From Octopus vulgaris (taxonomy: Eukaryota), in NCBI GenBank assembly GCA_951406725.2, contig OX597827.1, forward strand, positions 7,626,001 to 7,690,000: DNA of 64,000 nucleotides, in the 5' to 3' direction. Position numbers and translations under genes: made by a program. The notes under the pieces were generated by a model. That model made no database searches, was not told the origin of the DNA, and saw only the letters and a program-made list of their open reading frames with translations. How positions within the stretch are numbered: position 1 is the first letter of the stretch; every line of letters starts with the position of its first letter. Of this stretch, positions 31,727 to 44,304 are shown in pieces.

Positions 31727-32139
31727 ACTCTTTTACTCTTTTACTCTTTTACATGTTTCAGTCATTTGACTGCGGCCATACTGGAGCACTGCCTTTAATT
31801 GAGCAACTTGACCCCAGGACTTATTCTTTTGTAAGCCCAGTACTTATTCTATAAGTCTCTTTTGTCGAACCGCTAAGTTACGGGGACATAAACACACCAG
31901 CATCACTTGTCAAGCAATGCTAGGGGGACAAACACACTCACACAAACACACACATACATATATATATACATATATACGACGGGCTTCTTTCAGTTTCCGT
32001 CTACCAAATCCACTCACAAGGCTTTGGTCAGCCCGAGGCTATAGTAGAAGACACTTGCCCAAGATGCCATGCAATGGGACTGAACCCGGAACCATGTGGT
32101 TGGTAAACAAGCTACTTACCACACAGCCACTCCTGCGCC
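31727..32139 (-). mobile_element. SINE family A inserted into an older family A copy (halves 31515-31725 and 32145-32305)
   Basis: Young full copy flanked by the tail half and head half of a more diverged copy in the same orientation. Confidence 0.8.
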
Positions 32140-32475
32140 ACACAATGGGTTTCTTTCAGCTACCATCTACCAGATCCACAAATGAGGCATTGGTCAGCCG
32201 AAGGTTATAGTAGAAGACACTTGTACAAGGTGCCATGCATGGGGACTGAACCCAGAACCATGTGGTTGGGAAGCAAGCTTCTTATCACACAGCCACGCTT
32301 GTGCCTATATATATATATATACATACACACACACATATTTATCTGCACTCTTTCTACAGTATTAAGAATATTTTAACCTTTATTTCTAGCAATGTAGGTA
32401 CATTGATACCTTTATTCACACTTAATGAAAACTGAATTGTTTTTTATGGTACCACATTGCACCTAGCTGCTTATA

Positions 32476-32530
<55 letters not shown>

Positions 32531-32532
<2 letters not shown>

Positions 32533-32880
32533 CTGTAAATGTAATATGTGACACTTATTTGGTAGCAACGATAAAATTCCAAGTTTCAGATGTCAAGGTG
32601 GAAATCCACGCCACCATCTCTTCAGTTATCTGGCCATCGGAAAAAAATGCTACGTGTTTTTTCACCCTGTTTTTCATAGATTTTTTATAGCATTTTTTCC
32701 GATGGCCGGATAACTGAAGAGATGGCGGCGTGGATTCCCACCCCGACATCCGAAACTCGGGGTTTTATCATGGCTACTGAATAATTGTCACATATCACAT
32801 TTACATTTACAGATAAATTTCCTCTATTTACATAATATCGAGGTCTCTTTCATTCTTTTGTTGTCTTACCATTTCTATCA
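32531..32880. mobile_element. (TA)n-embedded fold-back element carrying inverted hammerhead motifs (Penelope-like, inferred)
   Basis: 32531-32651 is the approximate reverse complement of 32688-32814; TA tracts on both sides. Confidence 0.75.
32709..32769 (+). ncRNA. Minimal type I hammerhead ribozyme motif
   Basis: GAUAA-CUGAAGA-[GAUG..GUGG/CCAC..CAUC]C-GAAA-CUCGGGG-UU-UUAUC: stem I GAUAA/UUAUC, conserved core CUGANGA and GAAA, very short helix III, predicted cleavage after GUU. Confidence 0.65.
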
Positions 32881-33264
32881 TATATATATACACATTTGTT
32901 TCTTTTTTTCTAGGTAATATATGACATGACATAAGATAATATGTAATATAAACAGTTATTGTTCTGGTCAGATTAATGCCTAAACTCCAGCTTTAAATGC
33001 GGAGAAGTGATAGCTGCTTGACAGAAGATTGTTTAAAGGCAATGTACTGATTGAGCTGGTATAGCAGAACAAAAGCATAAACAAGTAGACAATACCTGTT
33101 GTCTCCCTGTTTAGTTGGTATCTATTATGAACTATCATTTATAGCCAGATTGGCATTCGAGATACATTGTTTACAAAAGACATATTTAGCATTGTTACAT
33201 CTCAAATGTAAACAAATTTACTTTCTTGCTTGTAAGTTTAAAGCATCTAATTTGGTTGGATGAA

Positions 33265-34548
33265 CATTGGAAAACTAGTTCTGTGTATCATGGAGCAGTA
33301 TCATGACTTCTGGGTTACAGTAGATTCACAGTTTGTGTCCTGCCGGTAATGTTCCACCATTTTTTTCTGACCAAAGAATTCTTAATCCAGTGTATCATGA
33401 ATTATTATTGCGACGGAATTAGCATTTGAGATATATTATTTAAAGAAGAATTATTTATTTTTAATGCTACTTGTAAAGCATTGGAAAACTAGTTCTGTGT
33501 ATCATGGAGCAGTATCATGACTTCTGGGTTACAGTAGATTCACAGTTTGTGTCCTGCCGGTAATGTTCCACCGTTTTTTTCTGACCAAAGAATTCTTAAC
33601 CCAGTGTATCATGAATTATTATTGTGACTGAATTAGCATTTGAGATATATTATTTAAAGAAGAATTATTTATTTTTAATGCTACTTGTAAAGAATTGGAA
33701 AACTAGTTCTGTGTATCATGAAGCAGTATCATGACTTCTGGGTTACAGTAGATTCACAGTTTGTGTCCTGCCGGTAATGTTCCACCGTTTTATTCTGACC
33801 AAAGAATTCTTAATCCAGTGTATCATGAATTATTATTGCGACGGAATTAGCATTTGAGATATATTATTTAAAGAAGAATTATTTATTTTTAATGCTACTT
33901 GTAAAGCATTGGAAAACTAGTTCTGTGTATCATGGAGCAGTATCATGACTTCTGGGTTACAGTAGATTCACAGTTTGTGTCCTGCCGGTAATGTTCCCCC
34001 GTTTTTTTCTGACCAAAGAATTCTTAACCCAGTGTATCATGAATTATTATTGTGACTGAATTAGCATTTGAGATATATTATTTAAAGAAGAATTATTTAT
34101 TTTTAATGCTACTTGTAAAGCATTGGATAACTAGTTCTGTGTATCATGAAGCAGTATCATGACTTCTGGGTTACAGTAGATTCACAGTTCGTGTCCTGCC
34201 GGTAATGTTCCACCATTTTTTTCTGACCAAAGAATTCTTAACCCGGTGTATCATGAATTATTATTGTGACTGAATTAGCATTTGAGATATATTATTTAAA
34301 GAAGAATTATTTATTTTTAATGCTACTTGTAAAGCATTAGAAAACTAGTTCTGTGTATCATGAAGCAGTATCATGACTTCTGGGTTACAGTAGATTCACA
34401 GTTCGTGTCCTGCTGGTAATGTTCCACCGTTTTTTTCTGGCCAAAGAATTCTTAACCCAGTGTATCATGAATTATTATTGTGACTGAATTAGCATTTGAG
34501 ATATATTATTTAAAGAAGAATTATTTATTTTTAATGCTACTTGTAAAG
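33265..34548. repeat. Tandem array of six 214-bp units
   Basis: Units begin at 33265, 33479, 33693, 33907, 34121 and 34335 with (c/a)att(g/a)ga(a/t)aactagttctgtgtatcatg; only scattered substitutions. Confidence 0.97.
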
Positions 34549-36960
34549 TAGCCCTACCATCATGTGTTCCTTCAACACTTTTCTCAAAGCAAGGATAGAA
34601 CAATCACTCTAGGTCACTTCACTAAAATTGTTTCCTGTTTCCCTTCTCTTTCTCATCCATATCCTGGATTTTTTAGTTTGCTTTCTTTTTTTCTCTGGAA
34701 GTGTTTCTTTAAACTTTTTCTCATTCACTTATTTTTTTTATATCAATCAGCTTTGCTCTTTATCTGTCACTTAGCTGCTTACTAAGATTGTCTACTTCCT
34801 TAGCATCCTCATCTTCTCTATGCCTGCTGCTTTTCACAGCTGCATATTACAACCATGCATTTCTCCTGAACAACACAACAACAACAACAACAACAGCAAC
34901 AAAAAAAGTGAACAATAAAATCACGTAAACACATAATAAAACACTAAAATATAAAACCCTCAAGAGAGAGAAACATAAAAGTGTTTAAAAAAATGAAGAA
35001 AAGCTACATAAATTATTTTTTTTCTTCTCCTTCTCTCTAAAGGAAGATTAAATGGTGTTAAGTTGACGCCCATCACTTTGTCATTGGCTTAATTCATGTT
35101 AGGTTTTTGTTTGCGATTCTGCAATTTGTTTTTGAAATGAAGCAGAGACTTTAAAAAAATTTTTGGTTTGTTTATCTCTTTTATTTTTTATTTTTGCTTT
35201 TAAATGTTATTCAACTAAAATCTGACAAAGCTGTTTTGTACTCAGCCATCCACTAATCCCTCATCAATGACTATTTCAGCTTTCATTCTACATACTGTGG
35301 TGCTGATTTGAATGAATGTAATATTCTCAAGCAGAAGAGAATGTTGGAAATAAGATTTTAATATTTATAACTCAATCACAAAAGGAATACAAAGGACAGA
35401 ATGGAATTAATCCATCTTTTGTAGTCAATTCCCTTGTTTAAGGATTTAAGTATACAATCAGTTTGTTTTATGTATGTATAAAGTAAATAATGTTTCTTTT
35501 CATTTTTTATTCACCGTTGAGCTATTTGTGTGTCATCTTAAACTACAATTTTGAGGCATTAATGGGAAAAAGACATTAGAAGCTGCAACATCTATTTCTA
35601 GTGATGTTGCCTAAAATTGGGGGCATACCAATGAAAAAAAATCAACAAAAATACTTCCCAAAACCCAGAAGTAAAGGAAAATCCTTTTGTACTAATCAGC
35701 GTGTCAATTAGTAGATGCTTGTTTCATGGTTGGCTACAGAAGTGAGATATCATATCGTACTAAAATTACTGTATCTTATGCCAATTTGATATTTATAGAT
35801 GTCAAACATCCGGGCAAGTTATTCTTTTATAAAGGATAGCTTTGTTAGTGCTATAAGACTTGATGAGCCAAACACTTTGAATAGTTAAAATTACACTTGT
35901 GGTGAGGGAGAAAAACATAATCAGGGGAGGGGATCTATAAATTTAAAACAGTAAAAATCCCAATATGCAAAGCAATTAAAAATCCAGAAATTTAAAACAA
36001 TAAAAATCTAGAAATTTAAAATAATTAAAAACTGGACTGGGTAAGATCTTTCTTATGTACAATGGCAAATCTTGACATGTTTCAGGTTTTCTGTACCTCC
36101 CCAGTAAAGTAAAGCTTTCACCGGTATTTATCAGATCCCAAACATTTTAAATAATCATCTCTAATATGAGCATAAAACCAGAAATTTATGTGAAGAGTGT
36201 TGGTCAATTATATCAATGCCAATACTTGACTGTACTTTATTTTAATGATCTTGAAAAGATGAAGGATGAAGTTGGCCTCAGGGGATTTGAACTCAAGATA
36301 TAAAGAGCCAGAACAAATACTGCAGGACAGTTTTTCATCAGCTCTAAGGATTCTACCAATCCACAATGACTAATGTTTATAGATATTAGATACCTATTAA
36401 TTTATAAAAGGTATTATATACAAGTTGAGCAACCTAAGTACTGATTACTAACAAAATATAAAATGAATTTTTTACAATTAGTTCCTTGAGAAAACAAACT
36501 AGCTTTGTTGTATCTGTAAGGTACACACACACACACACACACACATATACATACATACATACATACATACATACATACATGTGTATATATGTATAAAAAG
36601 CATGGTAAATAGTACATAACAGCTCATGAGTTCTAATAAAATCCTAGTACATCTGTAATTGTTATCATACAGGTACCAATCAATCAAACTCACTCCTCTC
36701 AGTGTTCTCAATGTAATTAGTTTAATTTAGCTGTCTCACTCTACAGTGTTTGACTAGGGTTAACCATTGAGAGGATTTTTTTCCTCATTACTACAGATGT
36801 AGATTTTATTCAAGACATTTGTTGACTCACTATCTTATTTTCTGGCATAAGAAATGCATGGGTATTTTAGACACACCTCAATTTCAGCAGCACATATTCA
36901 AGAAAAATGTTTTAGTGCATTAAAGCATATATATATAGACCCAATGTAGGACCCAGAGTA

Positions 36961-37178
36961 ATAGTGATTTCAAATTTTGGCACAAGGCCAGCAGTTTAGG
37001 TTGAGAGGGTAAGTCAATTACATTAATCATAGTACTTGACTGGTACTTATTTTATCGACTTGGAAAGGATGAAAGGTAAAGCTGACCTCAGTGGAATTTA
37101 AACTCAAAACGTAAAGAAAGATGAAATGCCACTAAGCATGTCACTCAACATGCTAACTATTCTGCCAGCTTGCCACCT
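36961..37178 (-). mobile_element. SINE family D with 14-bp TSD, inserted in a MITE
   Basis: taggacccagagta at 36947-36960 and 37179-37192; flanks match the repeat at 5050-5223. Confidence 0.8.
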
Positions 37179-38539
37179 TAGGACCCAGAGTATACTGAGA
37201 CATCTTTCTTAAGTAAAAATGCATCTTATATCCCCTCAGATTCAGTATGTCAAGTATATTAACACCCATTTTACTATTTCAATTAATATGTTTGTTCTTT
37301 CTTGATGAATAAGTTACATGGTTATATGCGTACACAAAGTGCAAAAATTCTGAAGGAATTTTTTGTGTTGCCCTCAGCAATATCTCTACCAGCCAAGGTC
37401 TATTTTCTGTGAGCTTCTCTAAAAGCAAATGGAAATGAACATAAAATGGTAGAATATTTCCAATTGATGCCATTTTCCTAATACCTTCACTAATGTAGAA
37501 TCCATTACCATTTCACAAATCTTAATCTTCGAGGATTCCAAACAGAGTTCCAGTGAAATAGATTGACTGGCTGTTAATCTCAGTCTTAAACATAAATCGC
37601 TACTCTTTAGTTGGATGGCTGTGACCAATAAAATCTAAGTGTTTGCTTAAATGAATACCAAAATGCTATTTGTGACCAGGCGAGCTTTTGTTTGTGAGTG
37701 AAAGTAATTGTAAAACAATTTCTAGAAATTGAAATGCATTTATTCATAACATAGAAATGAAGAAAAAAAACATTTTAAAATGGTATTCTATTTGCTTTAA
37801 TTAATTACTGTTATCAGCCAGCACCATTTTCATCTAATTCAACCATCTGCACATTCATCACTCATTCACACTCTCTCACTTCCTTCCTGCTCTTAAATTT
37901 CTTCATATTTTTTCCAGTCCATCTCCCAATGCTCTGCTCTGCCTCATTTATATGCTGATGTTATGGAAAAAGAAAAAGAAACAGAAAGTGAAAAGAGAAG
38001 AGAAGAGAGACAGACAGACAGATAGACTGACAGACAAACAGAGACAGTTGGAAAGAGAGAGAGAAAGACTGAAAAGAGAGAGAGAGAGAGGGGGGAGAAG
38101 CTGAGAACAGAGATAGGGAGAAAGTGAATTTAAAACTATACAAGCCTTTCATTTCATGAGATGTGTTTCAAGATTTCAAAAAAAAAAAAAAAAGAACTAA
38201 AAACTAAAAAAAATGTCAGTTTGCATTAATTGAGAACAATTGGTGATTTTTTTATTCCGCTCATAACTTTACAATCAATCAGAAATAGCTAATGTTTGCA
38301 TTTTAAATTGACATATGTCTCCATTTAAAATCTGCAGTATCTTCGACACATTTTGTAAAAATTATTTTGTTTATAATCTTCATCTTAACATCTAGGTTCT
38401 AACTTTTAGGAATTTCAAAACATACGTATGCATATATGCGTGTGTGTTTGTGTGTGTGTGTGTGCACGTGCGTGTGTGTGTGAATGTATATGTATATACA
38501 CATACACACACACATGTGCATGCGTGTGCATAATCTATA

Positions 38540-38638
<99 letters not shown>

Positions 38639-39682
38639 ATATATATAATATATGATACATATACATATAATATATATGAATATACATATGTATATATATA
38701 AATATATATATATATAAACATGCAAACAGTACTATAAAAATTTTTACATAATTAATTTTATTTGCTTCTTTGCTGTAATTTTTTGAACCAGCTTCACTGA
38801 AGACTAAATGACAAACTCTCGTTAGAAGCAAGCATTAGACAATTATTCATTATCTACAGGAAGCAATCATCAAGCTATAAAAAATTCTATTAGTGTAGTC
38901 CAAAGAGAAGTGTTTTAGATAACAATCAATGCCTCTTGTTAGTTATTTTCAAGCACATTCAAAGGTGTGAAAAACCTTTTACAACCTAATTGAAGTTTAA
39001 TTATGATGAGAAAATATTTCTTCGAATTGAAGTACAAGAATACTACACAGCAATAATATCATTTACTTCATAATTATTTTTTTTTATCATCATTATGATC
39101 ATTGTAATTTGTTCTTATTGCTTTACATAAACACTAAAGCTGCCTAAATATGTGTAATCTTTCTTTTAACTGGATTGGTATACGATGTTAAAGCCATGGC
39201 TGTGTGGTTAAGTAGTTTGCATTGTAACACTGAAATGTTTGTTTCAATATTCTAACACTGCCCCGAATCAACCAATGTTTTGTGAGTGAAATTTGGTAAA
39301 TAGAAAATGTACAGAAACCCATGAAAGAGATTAGTTCAGTGCTTCAGTATCAGATTTAATCCATTGCTCTTTTTAACACCACTTCATAGCTTTTGAGGTG
39401 AGTGGCTTTATTAGATTCTGGTGCAAGCACTTGGGTTAGGGTTCCAGTCAGGAATAATCTTCTACTGCTTATTTGCATTAGACACAGAGGACTTAGAAAA
39501 ACCCTAAGTACTGTGTCATTAAAAAGTTTGCTTCACAACTAAATAGTTTCAGGTTTGATGCTATCCTGTGTGATACACTGAGCAATAGAAACTCTTGATA
39601 CCTTTAGTCTTGATGCAGCAGAACATCCAGGATGAGAGAGGGGAGAAGAAAAAGGGAAAAACGAGAAGGGGAGAAAGAGAGA

Positions 39683-39736
<54 letters not shown>

Positions 39737-40189
39737 TGTTGCTAGACTGGCACCAAAACTGGTGCTCGTTACAGTTGAGTAGCCTGAAGCAGCATGAAAT
39801 GAAGTGCCTTGTTCATGGACATAACATACTACCTGATTGATGAATTGAACTCAGAACCTTGTGATCATAAGCTATATACACCAACCACCATGGCTGTGCA
39901 TTTCATTTGAAATATTGTTATGAAATGTTTAATGCCAAAAACTAAGTTCATGCGTTGTGTCTTTCAGTTGCCAGGTTCAAATTAAAGTTCAGTTGTAGTG
40001 CATTTGGTTCCAACCATTTATGAACCTAGTGATAAATTTCCATCTCTCTTTCTCTTTCCTTCTGTGTGTGCATACACGTGCATGCGTGTGTATGTGGCAT
40101 GTGTGTATGTTTATATGTGTATGTATGAATATTTATATGATTGTGTGTAAGAGTATGTGTGTATGTATATGTATGTATATATATATATA

Positions 40190-40419
40190 TTTCTTTATTA
40201 CCCACAAGGGGCTAAACATAGAGAGGACAAACAAGGACAGACAAAGGGATTAAGTCGATTACATCGGCCCCAGTGCGAAACTAGTACTTTATTTATCGAC
40301 CCCGAAAAGATGAAAGGCAAAGTCGACTTTGGTGGAATTTGAACTCAGAACATAACGACAGATGAAATACCACTAAGCATTTCGCCCGGTGCGCTAACGT
40401 TTCTGCCAGCGTGCCGCCC
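40190..40419 (-). mobile_element. SINE family D, full length
   Basis: Minus head ggcggcacgctggcagaaacgttagcgcaccgggcgaaatgcttag, B-box gagttcaaattcc, central gcctttcatcttttcggggtcgataaat. Further copies at ~18750, 26730, 36175, 46110, 54240, 54975, 56512. Confidence 0.85.
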
Positions 40420-40430
40420 TATATGTATAT

Positions 40431-40752
40431 ATATATATATGTATGTGTGTATGTATATATATATATATATGTATGTGTGTATGTATATATATATATATAT
40501 GTATGTGTGTATGTATATATATATATATATGTATGTGTGTATGTATATATATATATATATGTATGTGTGTATGTATATATATATATATGTATGTGTGTAT
40601 GTATATATATATATATGTATGTGTGTATGTATATATATATATATATGTATGTGTGTATGTATATATATATATATATGTATGTGTGTATGTATATATATAT
40701 ATATATGTATGTGTGTATGTATATATATATATATATGTATGTGTGTATGTAT
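40431..40752. repeat. ~30-bp compound minisatellite gtatgtgtgtatg(ta)n, about 11 units
   Basis: Direct reading. Confidence 0.9.
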
Positions 40753-41046
40753 GCACACACTCACACACATGCACGCCTCCACACTGCTATCCTCCTTCAT
40801 TATTTTATTAGCATTGATAATCTATTTATGACCTACATTCTCCAATATTCATGTTTCCCATGGTTTGTAGTATTTGATATCCTTCTAGAAATAAATTGAC
40901 AGATGATGAGGATTGTGATGATGATGATGATGATGATGATGACTCACTACTGCTGCTGCCACTGCCAACAATGATGACAATGATGATGATGTTAAACACA
41001 AGCCTGTATTTTAGGTTTCCATAAAGGCTTAAAACAAAATAGCGAA

Positions 41047-41222
41047 GTGGTAAGTAGCTTGCTTACCAACCAAATGGTTCCGGGTTCAATCCCACTGCAT
41101 GGCAACTTGGGCAAGTGTCTTCTACTATAGCCTCGAGCTAACCAAAGCCTTGAGAGTGGATTTCGTAGACGGAAACTGAAAGAAGCCCATAGTATATATA
41201 TATATATATATATATGTGTATA

Positions 41223-41253
<31 letters not shown>

Positions 41254-41490
41254 ATGTGTGTGTGTGCGTTTATGTTTGTGTGTCTGTGTTTGTCCCCCCT
41301 AACATCACTTGACAACCGATGCTGGTGTGTTTACGTCCCCTGTAACATAGCGGTTCAGCAAAAGAGACTGATAGAATAAGTACCAGGCTTACAAAGAATA
41401 AGTCCTGGGGTCGATTTGCTCAACTAAAGCTGGTGCTCCAACATGGCCAAAATCAAATGACTGAAACAAATAAAATAGTAACAGAGTAAA
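41047..41490 (+). mobile_element. SINE family A
   Basis: Head, core, microsatellite and tail as in the other copies. Confidence 0.88.
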
Positions 41491-42703
41491 AATGTTACAT
41501 ATCTGGAACTTTTCTGATTATATTTTTTTATATTATTTTTCTCATATTTAAGCAAAATATGAAGATTTAAGAGATTCATTTTTTTGTTTTGTTTTTGTTT
41601 TTGTTTTAAATTTATATTTCTGGAACATTAAAATAACAATGAATCTAACAGTTTAAGTATCATTAAAGAAGAAATCATTACCGATTACTTCCTTTTCAAG
41701 TCAGTCATTTGTGTTTATGTTCAATAAATTCAACACCAATTGATAGCAAAATATTAGTTCATAACCTAGTGTGGGTACTCAAGAATTCAACAACAAATAT
41801 CATTTTATTTCCCATTTTCTACTCAAAATAAGCCACAAAATATAAACCAGTTGAAGGAAATAACCCCAGTTTGGACTAAACAACTACAAAATTGAATAAA
41901 ATAACCACAACATCAATAGCAAGAATAAATCTGAAATCTGTTTCAGGCTTCAGACCATGTGTAGGAACTCACAAGTAATGAAAACAAACATACTAATATA
42001 CATGTGCCTTACTATTTTAGGTAAAGCCTATTCCATCTTCTTAAAAATAGAGGAGAAAATGGAATTCAAGAGCATATAAGACAGAATAGATTTGACATAA
42101 CTTGGTTAATCAAAGCATTTCACATAAACATTACAAGACTGACTAAAGTTTGATGTCTCAAAGGTGTAAAACTTTTTGGTTCCAGTTACTATAGCCTCAA
42201 GTCAATTAAAGCCATATAGGTGAAACTTGGTAAACTGGAACTGTATGGAAGCCTATTAGAGGTAATGTCCCTATACTTGGGATATAGGCTTAATCCATTA
42301 CATTTTTTAATACCCTTTTGGGGGGCTCCAAGGTGAGCTTACCAGAATCCATTCAGTTGCAAGCTTTCATATATGGTCTCTACTCTGAGGATCTTCTCAT
42401 ATTTTAAACAGTCTTAGAGGCTCTGCAATCATCTTAGGCACTACTGCTTTTCATCTTCTGAATAAGGCATTAAAAAGATATATGGGAAGACTTCCAGCCT
42501 GGTCCAAATATCTCAAATCAGTAACCTCTGTCAAAAATGTATGACTCATGGACTGACTCAAATATCACAGATCAATTACAACTGTAAGCCTTCATAAGCT
42601 GAGTTAATTAGTGATAAATAACATCATTCAGTTACGAAGACGGATATTTCTAGCTTGTCTTATAGATAATAGCATAATTCTGTTATGCATATATATATAT
42701 ATA

Positions 42704-42912
42704 GTTAATCCAAACACGAAAACACAAAAAGAAAACACAGCAACGCGAGGACGTGGAACAAGTATAGTGTTATTGGACGCTCAGGAAAGGAAAGAAAGAA
42801 GGAGGATTTAACGTTTCGAGCAGAGCTCTTTGTCAGAAACATAGAAAAAGGAAAGGTCCTAGGAAGGGAAGTCGGAGAAAGAAAATCACCAATGATACAC
42901 ACACGGTCACAT

Positions 42913-42918
<6 letters not shown>
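42704..42918 (-). mobile_element. (TA)n-embedded element with a degenerate minimal hammerhead motif (42806-42840)
   Basis: Minus strand GUUU-CUGACAA-A-GAGC UCU GCUC-GAAAC-GUU-AAAU; G8 replaced by A; palindromic AACGUU helix III. Confidence 0.6.
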
Positions 42919-42974
<56 letters not shown>

Positions 42975-42975
<1 letters not shown>

Positions 42976-44225
42976 CTATTGTGATATTTAGAATAATTTT
43001 CATTTTAGAGTAAACATCGTTACCTCATTCAGTATTCTCTTTGGAAAACAGTGGGTTGGTAGAATTTATAGAGGAGTAATGAGATGCCTTGTGGTATCTG
43101 TTCAAGTTCTTTGAGTTCTGGTGGCAGTATCTCTGATGACATTATTTTCATTGTGATTCCATCAGGAATCAAGGATCAGTGTATTTGTTTGACCTGTAAT
43201 TATTTCATTCTGTCATTGACAACTTTTTCCTTAGATCATTTCCAAAACAATTACTTTAAACTACAGCTCTAAGATGATCCATGATCTTAACCCTTTTTTT
43301 TATTAATCCACCTAATGCAACTTCTACTCCTTTGACACAAAAATTGCCTATTCTAAAGTGTTTAAATTTCAACCTTCCATTATAATTTCAGGTTTAGAAC
43401 CTTTCATAAGGTTATGCTTCAAATGCTGGCTTAACAATGGCAAATTTAGTTATTTGATTAAATCTTTTCAAATTCTAAATTATTTTCCAAATCAAATGGA
43501 ACAGAATATTTGAATAGCAAAAAATATTCACAAAAGAATTAAATTATTGGAAATAAAATTCTGTCTGAAGACCTAATCAAGGATTGAATACAGACCAGAT
43601 GCATTTTATAAGAAACACTGACAAAAACACAAATGACATTGGTTAACAAGATTCAAAAGTCAATAACAAGTGGGAAGTATTTTAACAAGAAAGAAAAACT
43701 AAATCATTAAAAACAATAGTATAAAAAAACTCCTGAGGGACAGTTTTAAAACACCTAACAAGGTATGGATATCTTACAGGCTCGTCCTTCAAGTTAAAAT
43801 TTGGAGTTCTACTCAGCACAAACTTTACAATAAATTTGACTCTACTCTCAGTACTGATCCCCTTCCTCTTCACCAAATGTTCCATTGGTATTCTTAAATG
43901 TGCTTTAAAATAATCCCATGGATCATCTTAGAGCTGTAGTTTAAAGTAATTGTTGTTTTGGAAATGATCTAAGGAAAAAGTTGTCAATGACAGAATGAAA
44001 TAATTACAGGTCAAACAAATACACTGATCCTTGATTCCTGATGGAATCACAATGAAAATAATGTCATCAGAGACACTGCCACCAGAACTCAAAGAACTTG
44101 AACAGATACCACAAGGCATCTCATTACTCCTCTATAAATTCTACCAACCCACTGTTTTCCAAAGAGAATATTGAATGAGGTAACGATGTTTACTCTAAAA
44201 TGAAAATTATTCTAAATATCAATAG

Positions 44226-44226
<1 letters not shown>
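42975..44226. repeat. ~310-bp inverted duplication with 633-bp spacer, both outer ends on (TA)n
   Basis: 42975-43283 matches the reverse complement of 43917-44226 with about 4 differences; mirrored ORFs 43084..43272(+) and 43928..44119(-). Confidence 0.95.
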
Positions 44227-44293
<67 letters not shown>

Positions 44294-44304
44294 ACTGGTA
44301 TTTA

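Noticed and set aside
33265-34548. CRISPR-like array or tandem snoRNA/exon cluster
   Set aside because: Units are contiguous with no unique spacers, no clear C/D or H/ACA boxes and no ORF; eukaryotic context.
43084-44119. Two near-identical 62-63-aa ORFs as paralogous small genes
   Set aside because: By-product of the inverted duplication; no recognisable protein features.
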